64,000 nucleotides of DNA, taken from NCBI RefSeq assembly GCF_902652985.1, contig NC_047022.1, forward strand, positions 13,392,001-13,456,000. The letters are read 5' to 3'. Shown in pieces: positions 25,226 through 38,408 of this stretch. The position numbers and the translations under genes are program-made. Each line of letters starts with the position of its first letter. The stretch's first letter is position 1. The notes below the pieces were generated by a model. The model saw only the letters and a list, made by a program, of their open reading frames with translations. It was not told the DNA's origin and ran no database searches. The stretch is from Pecten maximus. Taxonomy: Eukaryota.

Positions 25226-26321
25226 GTTAAGATTTGAAGTTTTAACAATATGTCATGAATTTGATGTTCAACAATACGTCATGAATTTGATGTTCAACAA
25301 TATGTCCGTGACAACAAATTTTATGGCTATCGGTTCAAAGGTATTTGGACATCAATAGCGTATCCAGGCAACCAGATTTTTTTCGAATTTTCTTGATTTA
25401 GTCACAAAGTAATTCTAAATATATATTCATATATATATGTATTGAAATAATGTAAAATTGTATCTAGAATTATAAATTGTATATCTTCATGTTAAAATGA
25501 TCAGCAGGTGTGAAATATGAACATATATTTGAACAGGTTTCAGGAACTAGTTCATTGTGATTTTTTTCACCACACGCTTGGGCCATAAACAAGCGTGTTT
25601 ATTTTTGTCAGAGACTTATGAAATAAATTTCTAGTTTATCTGAAATAATTAAACATCGCTTTCCTGTTTAAATTAATGAATTTGATTGGTCTTGAGACAA
25701 ATATGACTTCATTTATTGATTTATTCATCGCCCCGTAAAATCCACAAAATCAAGATCCGATACTTAACCGTGACGTTAAGTACAGCCAGCTAATGACGTC
25801 CTAATTTAGATGATTGTGAATGCCTTCCAAATACACAACCTTCGTTGGAGCCTCGGTATGGATAAGTTACTTTGCGGTCACGACCTCGGTATGGACATTG
25901 CATGAGTTACTTTGCGGTCAGAGCCAAAAATACCCACATATATATATATGACTTTCTATATAGGTATTTATGGCTATCTTTTGATATCAGACTAGACATG
26001 CCCCTGTGTCCACATAGGAACGAACCAGCAACCACTGTATCGTATCAGGTTAACTTTTACTTAAATCTTAATTGTATTTAACTCAAACTGAAACATGTAC
26101 ATATATATGTTTTACATCGTGCGACCTTTAACTATATGTCACGAGGTCACATATATTATACTCATTCCACAACACAATAAAGCTTTGGTACTCATAGTAG
26201 TCACTTGTTTTATTTTGTTTATTCTAAAGGAAGGAATACCACAATATCTATCCCAAAGTTCCACAGGGAGGCAACAACACCATATCCACCCCGGGTACAG
26301 TAGGTTGTAGTGACGTCAAGT

Positions 26322-28581
26322 TCAACCTATGGTTTCCACGTGATCTGGGTATATCACGCGCACAATAAGGGGCCTGGTGGACAGAGTCATTGTCATGGTG
26401 AGTCCCTGTACGACGGGATTTGACTCGTCCTGTAGGGCTACGTGAGTTCCGGTGAGTCGCCAAGCCTCCACGGGCGTTAACGCGTCTGGCAACGTCACGG
26501 TTACCGTTCTTGTCGATACGTCACTGGCATCCAATGGAAGCCATGCGACTAGATGGGTGACTTGTTTGAAGGCTTCAGCTGGACCAAATAAGTAAACATA
26601 TCCATGTTCATCTTCCTTCATCGCAGCACGGAAATGGGTCTCTCCTAACTTACCTAGAACAGACTCGAACATATGAAACACAGCTTTCTCCGTGAAGTTA
26701 TGCTTGGAAGAGGTGGTTAAACCACTCCTACAGAACAGTGTGTTACAGGTGTCAGTGTTCGCGTAGAAATACCATGTAGCCCTGCCAAGTCCAAGACGAG
26801 CAGCAAGAAAGAGTCCGCGAGCCCCGTAGAGAGCCTGAGCGCTTTCCGCTACACATTCTGTTGCAGCGCAGTCCTCGTTGCCGCCGTCGGCGTCCCAACC
26901 CCATTCTGTCAGCCAAACCGGTTTACCTGGAGTGTTTATGTTCCGCCATCGAATCATGTTCCGCACGCTATTGAAGGTCGAGTCCGGGATGTTCTGGATA
27001 AGTGGCCACTCTCTGACCGTTTTCATTGGTTATAAAGCTATACGCATGCGTATTGATGACACTGATGAACGTTGCAACACCACTTCCCACTCTTGTTCCT
27101 ATATAATTTCCGCGTGTTGGTTCCTCAGGGGCAATAGTATAAGCCTGGAACGCTCCGGGAAGGACATTTATTATTTGATCGACGTCTCTCACCCCTGCAG
27201 CCATGCCTTCTAAAACCGTTGCATAAAAATCTGCACTATAATCCCACGGCTCGTTCCCCACTTCCATTGCGGTCACTAAGCCGTTGCCTATTTGAGGACC
27301 AAAGTGTCGGGCGAATTCCCTACCATATGTGTACGCAGATTTTCTCGGAGTGTTCCAAGTACTAGCTGGGAATGTCTTGCTGAGAAACTGAATAGATGTG
27401 TCCACTTGAAGACCGGCCGCCTGCCACGTGCTGTATTCTCTATCCCAATTAAGCCACCAGGATGCATTAGTACCATGACCTTGACCCATCTGCTCAAATT
27501 GTGGGTCGAAGTCTGGGTCCTGTACGTCCCAATTTAAATTGTGATAATTCCTTGCGTAAGACGCTACCCTGCTATACAGCGAGGGGCCATTCGGATTGTG
27601 TCCCCACCCCCAGATACCATTCACCCCGAGCATGTCTCTTATGGACACAGGGTTTGGTTCAGCATTTGGTGCGGCTCCCCAGATCCCCAACTCGTCATAT
27701 GAATCAATTTCCCAACAGTAAACTTTGTTGTAATTCTTGAGTTTCACGTCGTACTCCAGCGCTATGTATCTATATTCTCTCGGGGATTGAAGTCGAGTCG
27801 ACACGGCATGTAAAGCGGTAGGCTGTAAATCTCGGATTTTGTCCCACGTTTGTCCATCTGCAGACAACAGGAGACTTGTGCTATAGGCCGAGTTTGTCCC
27901 TGCCCAGTGCCTCGTACGTACAACACCTATCCTCCGTAATACACCCAAGTCTACCACTATCTTCTCCAGGCAGCCGCCACGCCCCAGAGCTGCTATCTCC
28001 TTCATTCGGAAAGAGGTGTCGGATTCTAGAGTTATAACATCCACACTAGTGGACACATCAAACGTTCTTCGATGGTAATTGTCACTTTGGTTGAATGTAT
28101 ATATTACGGTTTCAGTGCCGTGTGCATCCTCAACTTTTAGCTCAGTGTCTCCATTGTAAATACCCCACACAGATATCTGGGTGAAGTTCTTTCCACTCGT
28201 GTCCAACGTCAACTGGGCTTTGTTATTCTGTCCGACGTCTACTAAACTGGTTGTGTAAAAACTGCTGTCGGTAAGTTGGTGTAAATCATGGTTCGATTCA
28301 CCGTTCATTTGACATGCAGGAGTTTGACATAGATTCAACAAAGCGTTCAGACCCGGGCGTGTCAAGTATCCTGTTGGTAAACAGGAACCGGAAGTCCAAT
28401 GTGTATTGTCATTGCCATCCAAAACGAGGCCGGGGTTGTTACCAGTTGACGCGTTCGAAGTAACCCCGCTTACCTTAGTCCATGAGGTGACCAGTCCGGC
28501 GTCAGGATTCCACCTACATGTACTGACCACCTGGACAATGATAAGAAGGCCTAGGATCAGACCTGTCCGTAACATATTCAT
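26322..28581 (-). CDS. Secreted glycoside hydrolase (clan GH-A TIM barrel) with N-terminal F5/8 type C (discoidin/CBM32-like) module; ~752 aa once a 1-bp frameshift at ~26986 is removed (null allele or assembly error)
   Basis: Signal peptide; DG..T.W.S, VDLG, SADGQTW and YRYI discoidin motifs; acid/base EVGNEP and nucleophile WLTEWGW; ORFs 26968-28581 and 26322-27026 join as YPEHP|DSTFNS. Confidence 0.8.
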
Positions 28582-29029
28582 CTACAACATAAGAATGTCA
28601 TTCATATAACTGTGCATTCCAACGACACAATACATAAACAGAAGATAGTATAAAGACACGATAGAAAGAAGAATGTAGTACATACTAGGAAGTAATTGTT
28701 TTTGTGTAAAGCGGTAACACATTGAGATATTCTCAAAATGATACACGTGAACTTATATTGGGTTAATGTGTCATATAGTTCCTAAATCATGTCACATGAC
28801 AAAAATAATCTATTTATATATATATGTATATATTCACCTCCATTATATAGCCATTATATATATATATATAAACTGATATCAAAATTATATATCTGCTATT
28901 ACGAATTCCTTGAAGAGGTTAGAGACAAATAGAATACTGTTGAAATTAACTTTCGGCTTTTACGAATTCCTGGAGGATTAGAGCCAAGTAAACCAGACAT
29001 TTTACTTACCTAGTTCAAATTGCCTTGGT
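28582..29029 (-). other. 5'UTR intron of the glycoside hydrolase gene
   Basis: Minus-strand donor CTAG|gtaagt at 29030/29029 and acceptor ttgtag immediately before the ATG at 28581. Confidence 0.55.
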
Positions 29030-30016
29030 AGATATGTAAACTCTGTTACATAACCATCTACTAAGCAGTACACAGGACGTTAAGTTGTGACGATTGTCTG
29101 TCCTGTAAATGTGCCTTATCACTGTCCCTGCCACCTGTTCAATACCGAAGCCGGCCCGCCCTTTTTGTTTTTATTTAACAGTGATTAATCAACAAGGAGA
29201 GGGGAAAGTTCCCTAGGCCACCTTATTGTACCTGAGAGGATATTAACTGACTATCAAACTGTTTAACATTTTTTATTCCACACATTTGGTACCATGTGTT
29301 GTTATAGTGTCTGTCGTTTCATTAATCATGTGTTCCGGCTCTGAGTTTGTCCATCATGTTCCCAGAGTTTTGCTCGTTATCGTCGATACCTGGTATTGAA
29401 ATGTTTCTGGATTAAGTCCGTTGCCTAGAACAGTTATAGATGATGTTTCTTGAGATCAAATCCGTCGTGCCGTTTCTGACTACATCAGAAGTTTAGAACT
29501 CCATTGGTCAATTCAGCCCCTTTTATTATGAATGAACACAAGGTTAGCAATAGGGAAATTGTCGAGTCTTGGACAAGTAGGCCGATTTGGCCACGCCCTT
29601 TATTAGAATCAATTAAGAATCGATTAGTTTATTTACAACTTTTCACTCTGACCATTTGGATCGATGACTTCTATGGAGGTCTCACCACTTAAGCCCATCC
29701 TCGCTCAATTAGTGTATTCAAAAGATTTTAATTAATTACCTTAGGCATACTCGCCTAGAGCTAGCCTACTGCAACAAACACGAAATAAACAGTCACTTAT
29801 TGACAACAGTTGACACCAGATAGACGTTAGAAGCACGTTTTGCTTTTACTACATGTACCTACATACACATCTGAAATAAATCAAATGTTGAATTCATAAA
29901 ATTTGATTTATAAAAGCATGGTATTATTTTATTAAGGGACAGTGGAGAGCTCTTTGATAAGGCCCGCTGTATCCCACAGCGTGTTAATATGGAAGGCGAC
30001 TCAAAGTGTCCCCCCT

Positions 30017-30930
30017 TAAGGGACAGGGAAGTTTTGCCTGTTCGGGATCAACTCCGTCGTCAGGGACAAGGGAATGTTGTCTCTCCGGGATCAACTCCGT
30101 CGTCAGGGACAAGGGAATGTTGTCTCTCCGGGATCAACTCCGTCGTCAGGGACAAGGAAATGTTGCCTGTCCGGGATCAACTCCGTCGTCAGGGACAAGG
30201 AAATGTTGCCTGTCCGGGATCAACTCCGTCGTCAGGGACAAGGAAATGTTGCCTGTCCGGGATCAACTCCGTCGTCAGGGACAGTGAAATGTTGCCTGTC
30301 CGGGATCAATTCCGTTCTCACGGACAAGGAAATGTTGCCTGTCCGGGATCAACTCCGTCGTCAGGGACAAGGAAATGTTGTCTATCCGGGATCAACTCCG
30401 TTCTCACAGACAAGGAAATGTTGCCTGTCCGGGATTAATTCCGTTCTCACGGACAAGGAAATGTTGTCTCTCCTGGATCAACACCGTCGTCAGGGACAGG
30501 GAAATGTTGTCTTTCCGGGATCAACTCCGTTCTCACAGACAAGGAAATGTTGCCTGTCCGGGATCAAATCCGTCACCAGGGACAGTGAAATGTTGTCTCT
30601 CTGGGATCAACTCCGTCGTCAGGGACAATGAAATGTTGTCTCTCTGGGATCAACTCCGTCGTCAGGGACAATGAAATGTTGTCTCTCCGGGATCAACTCC
30701 GTCGTCAGGGACAGTGAAATGTTGTCTCTCTGGGATCAACTCCGTCGTCAGGGACAATGAAATGTTGTCTCTCTGGGATCAACTCCGTCGTCAGGGACAA
30801 GGAAATGTTGTCTCTCCGGGATCAACTCCGTCGTCAGGGACAGTGAAATGTTGTCTCTCTGGGATCAACTCCGTCGTCAGGGACATTAAAATGTTGTCTA
30901 TCCGGGATCAACTCCGTCATCAGGGACAGC
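30017..30930 (+). repeat. 43-bp minisatellite (~21 units)
   Basis: Unit CAGGGACAAGGAAATGTTGCCTGTCCGGGATCAACTCCGTCGT; explains ORFs 29989-30992. Confidence 0.95.
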
Positions 30931-30954
30931 GATATATTGTCTCATTGAAAGACA

Positions 30955-31012
30955 TTACGGGAGGCCCGTCGTATGTCATCCAGAGCAATTAGGGCGAAGA
31001 AGGACACAACCA
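30955..31012 (-). mobile_element. Fragment of the CORE-like SINE seen at 11040-11298
   Basis: Reverse complement matches GTGTCCTT...TAATTACTCTGGATGGCAT...GGCCTTCC at 11145-11195. Confidence 0.5.
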
Positions 31013-31025
31013 TAACAGTAATAAT

Positions 31026-31198
31026 CAGGGCTTTTTCTCACTGGTTTGGGAAGGGGCCTTTTTGTCTCATTTTGGGAAGAAAATTGGTGAATTGGGAAAG
31101 ATTTTTTCAGGAGTAAACTGGAAATTTTGGGAATTTGCCTTTAAAATGAAATAATTCCAATTGGGAATGGGGCCCATTAACGGCCCCAAAAAGCCCTA
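31026..31198. mobile_element. Small MITE-like element
   Basis: Ends CAGGGCTTTTT ... AAAAAGCCCT(A); repeated TTGGGAA subterminal motifs; TSD not clear. Confidence 0.45.
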
Positions 31199-33974
31199 AG
31201 TATAGACTGGCCCTTCTCAGCTTCCCGAGTAACACAACCCGAGTCTGGTAGGGCATTTTCGACACTCTGAAAACTGATGAATTTTCTTCAGTCGGACAGG
31301 TTCGAGAACAACTTTTTCAAACGAAAATGGACATTCACTAGACAGCGAATGTGGCTGTCTACAATTACAGGCTTTGGTGTTAACAAATATAAGGTCAAAA
31401 CAAACTAAATTACTTGTCATCACTTTTCATAGTGTCGCGGCTGCGCGTGATAGAAATAGACTATTTAGGTATGATTTCATGGTGTCATGTTAAAGGTTAC
31501 CATCTCAACGTTTGATTAAGACTATCGCCGTTGAAAAGTCTTTTCTGGTAAACTGTTTGCGACATTTTGAATGAAATTGACCAATTTTTGCAGGACGGAG
31601 GAGTTCCAAACCATTCTTTATATATTGGTCTATAATCGGTCTGACTTATAAACGTGCTGCGCACCTCGGATCTTCAGCTGGGGATTCGCGGCCGGTCACC
31701 GGCTCCCTAACCGGCTGAACTATCGTGGCCCCTCGTGAGCTATAATAATTTTCTTTGTTGCAAATGTTACGTGCAATTTTACCAATAAGCGATCACTGTC
31801 TCTAAAATGTGTTGGAAAAATCCTTGAATGTGACGATATTAAGTTCTTGAAAAGTCTTGGAATAGAATGACGTAAAATATGTGAACCGGACACTAACGCT
31901 GGAAGAAATAGATGGTAGTTTTTCTTACATTCATAAATATCACATTTTGATATTGAACTAGAATTTAACAAAATAGTGAGTTTTTCACTTCTTTTTTTTC
32001 GCCAAAGCGTGGCATAAGACCATAAAAAAAAGATAAAAAAAAGCTAAGACATGAAGAAGTAGTGATCAATATTTTATTTCAACAAACATGGAATATTGTA
32101 TATCATATCTCGGATGAATTGTTTTGATTTTTCTGTTGGTAACCATACTTCTGTTATCCACAAATTAAAATAAAGTCGTTCAATTAATGTTGTCACTCAT
32201 TAAACCATCCCTTTTATCTTAGTGGCCGATTCTCACACGTCTCCGCCGTGATTATTTATCCAGAATCGTATACCTATACATGTATGTACATCCGGGTTCT
32301 ATACATTACTATCATCATGCGTTTTACTTCAAGTCTAAATTAAGTTTAATTCATAATTTAGGCCTTCAATATCTGTCTTAATCGTAAAATGAAATAATTG
32401 AGTCTTTTGTAATAAGTTATTTTTTCATGTTGGAGCCCAGTTTGCAGACACACGGCTACATGTACTCTTCGCATTTAAGCTATAGATTCTTGATAACTTC
32501 AAATTTCGGACACATTTATCGCTGTATTACAGTTAAGTTTGGACGATGGTTAGTTTTTAGGTCCAGCCATGAGTAAACTTAATCAGTAGTGACGACAGAT
32601 CTGATCCCCGACGGAAAGGAACGATGTTTCCCGAGTGTTGGCGACTATACCTGCATCTTAGTTGAACGCCGATTTTATTTAAATCACACATATGAAGCAC
32701 AAACACACTCAAAGGTCATATGTATCAATGACCTCGATTAGACATGAGGGACAGTAGGTTGGTGGGGGTGACAACTGGTCACCAGATGGGGCAGTGGATA
32801 AAAACGTGTGTCTCAAATTCAGAGAAGTCCCGATCTGGTTGTTTGTTACTTTTATCCCACTTCCAATTAAGACCAGCGCGTGTTAACATGTAAATAGCGT
32901 AGTAATTAGGGGTGAAAATAGAAAAATGAATTAGGAATACCTGTCAATCTACGTCCATTTCTTGTTGGAAAATTGACATTTTAATCTAATTGGTCAGCTT
33001 TTTTTATATCTGTCAGTTAATTTGTGTATTGTAAGGCCATACCTGAAGGTAGATACAAGGTTTATCGTAAAACAACAATATAAGTTCGATATATGTATGT
33101 ATGTATGAGAACAGGTGATGGTCGTACAATGTTTGCTACAGTCAGACAGCGCTAACCAGTATAACGTTATTAATAGCATGTTATAAGCCATATCTGACAT
33201 ACGGAACAAAGAATAATCTATTATTTATTCATATCATTATTATATATTTGTGATGTGAAGTAGTAGTCCTGACTACGTCGTGGGCGTGTTCTAGGACTCA
33301 CTAAGCATGGAAATGCACTCGCCTAATATAAATATCCCACGCAAATTTCAAAACGACAGGTCATTCCACCACACTATAAAAAGCAATACAACATTTCTAT
33401 ATCGATCAACACTGATTGATAATTAACTTGTCAGCGATGCACTGGTCACGTGTTAGGGTCACAGGTCAGTAGTGATTCACTCGATGAACATATGTATATT
33501 TCAGATTCTTCTCACAATTAATACTAAACCCGATATTAGTATACTTAAAAAAAAACACTAAAGAAATTACAAAAATAAAATCGTAATAATTTTTTGCAAA
33601 ATATCAATATTACCGGCAATATAATAAAAATACCGGTGCTACGATTGGTATAACCGGTATCAATTAATATTACCCATAATACTGAATACTGATAGCTAGC
33701 ATTGGTAACTTATTGGAAATATAATTAACTTACCGGCACTATTACTGAAATTACCGATGATATAATCAAAATTAATCAGTTCAAAATCAAAACAGATATT
33801 TATCAACTTTTACAACCAATCATCCATATATAGTTTACACTCATCCTCTTCGATCCATCCGTTCTTCCATCAGCATTCAGCATACACTCGATTCATTCGT
33901 TCCTCGTATCCACAAAGTTCGCAAGACAGATTCACGTGAAGAAGTAAGATACAAGAGTTACTAAAATCCACATT

Positions 33975-34555
33975 ATCGCTCTGGACCGGACTAGAATGGC
34001 ACCACCTGTAACATATAATTACAAATATAAATCGCTAGAGGGCGCTCTGGACTGAGTAGGGTGTCGCCACCTGTAACATCATCATATATATTATAGTCGC
34101 TAGAGGGCGATCTGGACTGAGTAGAGTGGCACCACCTGTAACATAATCACAAATATAAGTCGCTAGAGGGCGCTCTGGACTGAGTAGGGTGTCGCCACCT
34201 GTAACATCATCATATATATTATAGTCGCTAGAGGGCGCTCTGGACTGGACTAGAGTGCCGCCTGCTGTGAAATAATCGCAAATACAAGTCCCTGGAGGGC
34301 GCTCTGGACCGGCGTAGGGTGCTGCCACCTGTAACATTACCACATATATAAGACGCTAGAGGGAGCTCTGAAGTCCAGTAGGGTGATGCCACCTGTAACA
34401 TGATAATAGATATAACAGTCGCTAGAGGGCGCTCTGGAGTGGAGTAGGGTGCTCCCACCTGTAACAACATCGAAAATTTAAGTTGCTAGAGGGCGTTCTG
34501 ACCTAAAGTATTGTACCGCCTCAACACATATTACAGCACTAGAGGGCACTCTTAG
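33975..34555 (+). repeat. ~64-bp tandem repeat (~9 units) carrying CTCF-like motifs
   Basis: TCGCTAGAGGGCGCTCTGGA....GCCACCTGTAACAT recurring every 63-66 bp. Confidence 0.88.
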
Positions 34556-35042
34556 GCCAGTTTCCTGTGATAGTCTAGAAAATGCAAGATTATTATATAA
34601 AACACACAAAAATATTTTTCTATTGAAATTATTTTTTTCCGAGTGAGTACAAACCGGTCTATGTACCGGAAATCCATTGTAAATTAAAACAAACACAAAT
34701 ACAGAGAAACATCAATAAAAAATAAATAAATACATCAACAAAAACAAAAAACGCACGCCTCCAGGATGTGTGAGGGAGGGAGAGGATGGAAAACGGCAAA
34801 GGATTCTACAAAAACGAATTACAGTGAAGCATGCAAATCGAACTACCGTCATATCATTTAATCCATCTCGTTCATATTAAACGAAACGCCAATGTCTTCC
34901 ATGGTCTAGAAGTGTCATAGAATATTGACAGAGAGTCTGCTCCGTAACTAACAGAACATCAAAAAAACTATCGAGAGAAAAAACAGCACTATTTTTTTAC
35001 CAAGAATATTTTTCGAAATCATGCCATAGCAGATCACCTTAC

Positions 35043-35276
35043 CGTTAGTGTCACCACTGTGGGCTCCTTTTGAAAGTGACGTCGTCGTCTTTGACGTTAG
35101 TGATGTCGAAGGAACGTCTGACTTTACCGTCGATATTCTTGTAACTGATTCCGATTTGAGAGGTAATCTAGATGTTGTCGTTTCAATCCGACTCTTTCCT
35201 GACGAATATAATGTTCGAGTTATCTCCCTTCCTACGGTTGATGTTTTTACAGGCCTTGTCGAGACTCTGGTTGGCT
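35043..35276 (-). CDS. Secreted Cys-rich/mucin-like protein, exon 9 (S/T-rich)
   Basis: tcaccag acceptor, gtaagg donor, 234 nt, phase 1/1; terminal exon further downstream unresolved. Confidence 0.7.
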
Positions 35277-35767
35277 CTGGTGATAACAAACCGAGGATGT
35301 TTAAATAATGTTGCTTTCTTCAACACTTATCGTATTCCTTATATAGAATCTTATTTCTGTATCATATTAAACAGTGTTTTATTAATTCCGTCTTATTTTT
35401 TAAAAATGGGCCTTTAGTTTTAAAAAATCCTAATAAATAATAGACGATTTATCAATGAACAAAATAATTGATTTTTGAACAATCATGATTACCATTAATC
35501 TGACGAATCGAGGATATGTCGATCTTCAGACTAATCTAATAGGGACGAGATTAATATGTTAAGTGATGCCATAGTCATAGACAAATCATGCAATGCTGAT
35601 GTTTTGGTTAGATGACACCGTAGTTGATGTGTTAAACACGTTCGACCATGAATATAGAAGCATATTATAGGATTATCAAGGCAGACTTACAGCGAGATAT
35701 ATACTGTATAGGTGTTAATACAACCAAAATCCAACTACAAGACACATTCAAGTAATAATGCATTCAC

Positions 35768-36715
35768 CTGGAACGGAACTGGGAACTTTCTCATGCACCT
35801 CCTCTGATATCCCGTCATTGACACGTGGGGGTGTATTCCCGGAGTAGCTCTGTCGGTCCGCTAGTCCAGCGGTGACAGTATTTTGGTCTGACTTGGCAGT
35901 TTGTTGTTCACTGGACGGTGTTGTCATCTCATTTTCAACGACTGCCGAAAAGAGTGAGGTGTTCACAACAGCATCCTGTGTTACTTCATTTTCGTCTTCT
36001 GCACTGAACGCTGGTCCTGATGACAGAACAGTTGAACTTTCCATTTCCACGACGCTGCTGTGACTTTGTGTTTCCATAGTAACGCTGTCATCTTTGTCAC
36101 CACCAGTTGACGATTCCGTGAATTTAAGGCTTGGTGTGGCGGAAACTTTTGGAATGACAAAGCCTCTGTTCGAGGGAGGGTCATTCTTTTCTGTTGATGC
36201 AATAGATTGAGAGGTAATTTCAAAATGAGAATTGCTTGTTTGGTGGCTGGGAGATGTGGTTACTGGAGAAATACTTGATTTAGGATTTGAAAATATATCA
36301 TTCTGAAAACTCTTCGTTTTTTCAGTGAAAGATGTCGTAATCGAAGAACTGCTTGTTTTGAAATTTGAAGATGTCGTCATTTGGGAACTGCTCGTTTCGT
36401 GGCGGACAGAAGTCGTAATGGGGCCAGACAGTATAGAGATGCCTTTTGTGGTATCCGTAGGTGTCTTCATTGGAGAGCTGCTCGTTGTGAGATTTGAAAA
36501 TGTCTTCGTTGGAGAACTGCTCGTTTTGGGTTTCGAAGATGTCGTCATTTGGGAACTGCTCGTTTCGTGGCGGAAAGAAGTCGTAATTGGGTCAGGTAGT
36601 ATAGTGGTGCCTTTTGTTGTAGCCGTTGTAGTTTCGAGTGGTTGTCTGGATATTTTAGTCAAAACATCCTCAATATAGGGTCGAGTGGCATTTGATGTCC
36701 GGACGGAAGTGTCGA
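35768..36715 (-). CDS. Secreted Cys-rich/mucin-like protein, exon 8 (large S/T/P-rich stalk)
   Basis: tttccag / gtgaat, 948 nt open, phase 1/1. Confidence 0.82.
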
Positions 36716-37893
36716 CTGGAAACGCAATGTCGGTATTATTACAGTTTTTTATGCGGAGATGTTTGGAGTAGAATAAACAAAACAAATTAACATGCTTTAG
36801 CAAAACACACTTTATTTACAGTGATACATGCAGAAGTACTGAGTAGCACAATGCTTACATTCAGCAAAATAAACAAGACGGCCGATATTGCATGCCGAAA
36901 ATGTCACTGGACTTTGAAAAAAGGAAAAAATAAATAAATAAATAAACGTCATGGATTATGGATCCAATATTGTCACACAAGTTCAAAGCGATTCCTAATC
37001 AAGCCCGTGCGAATGTAGACAAGAGCGCGAGGTAAACTCTTATTACAGTATGTCATACCCACTTGGTGAGTGTCAAGTGTAAGACAGTAATCGTGCAGCT
37101 ATGTCAACAATGTGTATCACATATGTAATTTACACACGTGTGTAGGGGATGTATTTTGGCGACAATATATCACATACACAAAGTGTAAACCGTTATCTTT
37201 GGGGGAGCTACAATTCTCGTGCTTACAAAATTAAGATAAATCATTAAGCATCCTTCAACCATTCTGAACTATTTGTTGCATACATTTTCAACAGCGAATT
37301 CCTTGATAAAAACGATGAAATTTCCACTTTTACAACATGTGATAAAATTAAGTGAAATCTCTGATTCCGACATTCCGAAGTGTTAAACGTTAAAGCACCC
37401 TTGTGGTGTTAAGCGGGATTATTTCACTCCGGTGTAACATGTAAATGTGACCCCTCTGGAAAGCATTCCCCGGATGGGATCATCTTTCCACGTTGCACCG
37501 GTAATGGACGGTTACCTCCCCATTCCGTTAGGTTCGTTTTTCATGCAGTTGATCTGTGTGCAATACACGTGCAAAAGTGAATTATAAGAGTACGACTGCT
37601 GAACTATCAAAATTACGCTACTCCATGCCGGGAAGAAAGTGTAAATAATTAAAAAACAACAAACAAAAACAACAAAACACTGAGATAAACTAATATGTTA
37701 AGCCTTGGGATATCATGAAGACATCATGCAGCAAACTACAACCATAATATATAGCACATTCTCTTAAGTAAATTCTTATTACATAAATAAACTCCCAGAC
37801 TTTGTATAACGTGTGTTATTGATGTTAATCAAATCACGCAAATCTGAAACATGTCAACGATGCTCAGAATGAACCATCAACGTTTTCACTCAC

Positions 37894-38096
37894 TTGTAGA
37901 GGAGGATGGTGACCTTACTGATGACGTCATGGGTGCTGTTGTTGTGGTTACTGCAGATGACGTTTCTGGTGTTTCTGTCGTCAATCGAGCCGTAACGTCA
38001 ATTCCAATGAGACTTTCTTCGAAATAGGGAACCATCTTGAGGGCGTCGGAGCATGTGGTTATCTTTGAAACGCATGATTTTAACGCATCGGTTCCA
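37894..38096 (-). CDS. Secreted Cys-rich/mucin-like protein, exon 7
   Basis: ttttccag / gtgagt; SGTDALKSCVSKITTCSDALKMVPYFEE...; phase 2/1. Confidence 0.8.
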
Positions 38097-38408
38097 CTGG
38101 AAAAGACGTAAGTTTTAAACCAATAACTTCTCTATTCAAATAAAGTATTGAAAACATTAATAAGTAAATCATGTAATAAGAAGTGATAATATAGTTATGA
38201 TAGTTATAAATGCACTACTCGGTCTTCTTGAGAGTTCCTAGTCTTGCCATATGTACTAAGCATCTGTGGGTTTACACATTTCACGGAAATTATACTTAAT
38301 GCTTGCTTTCAAAATTTGGTACCTTTCTTACTGTTGATATGATTATGACACGCTACTCTATAAAAACAATTGTTATCGAATCATACCAAGACATATATGA
38401 ATGAGTAC

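Noticed and set aside
26968-27026. Programmed ribosomal frameshift in the glycosidase
   Set aside because: No recognised slippery site or adjacent stop; a simple 1-bp insertion explains it
31201-32050. Possible DNA transposon body with GC-rich patches
   Set aside because: No convincing TIR pair, TSD or transposase remnant seen
32560-33209. Candidate terminal exons of the mucin-like gene (33193 or 32650 acceptors)
   Set aside because: Several readings possible and none convincing without transcripts; only AATAAA near 32075 hints at the gene end
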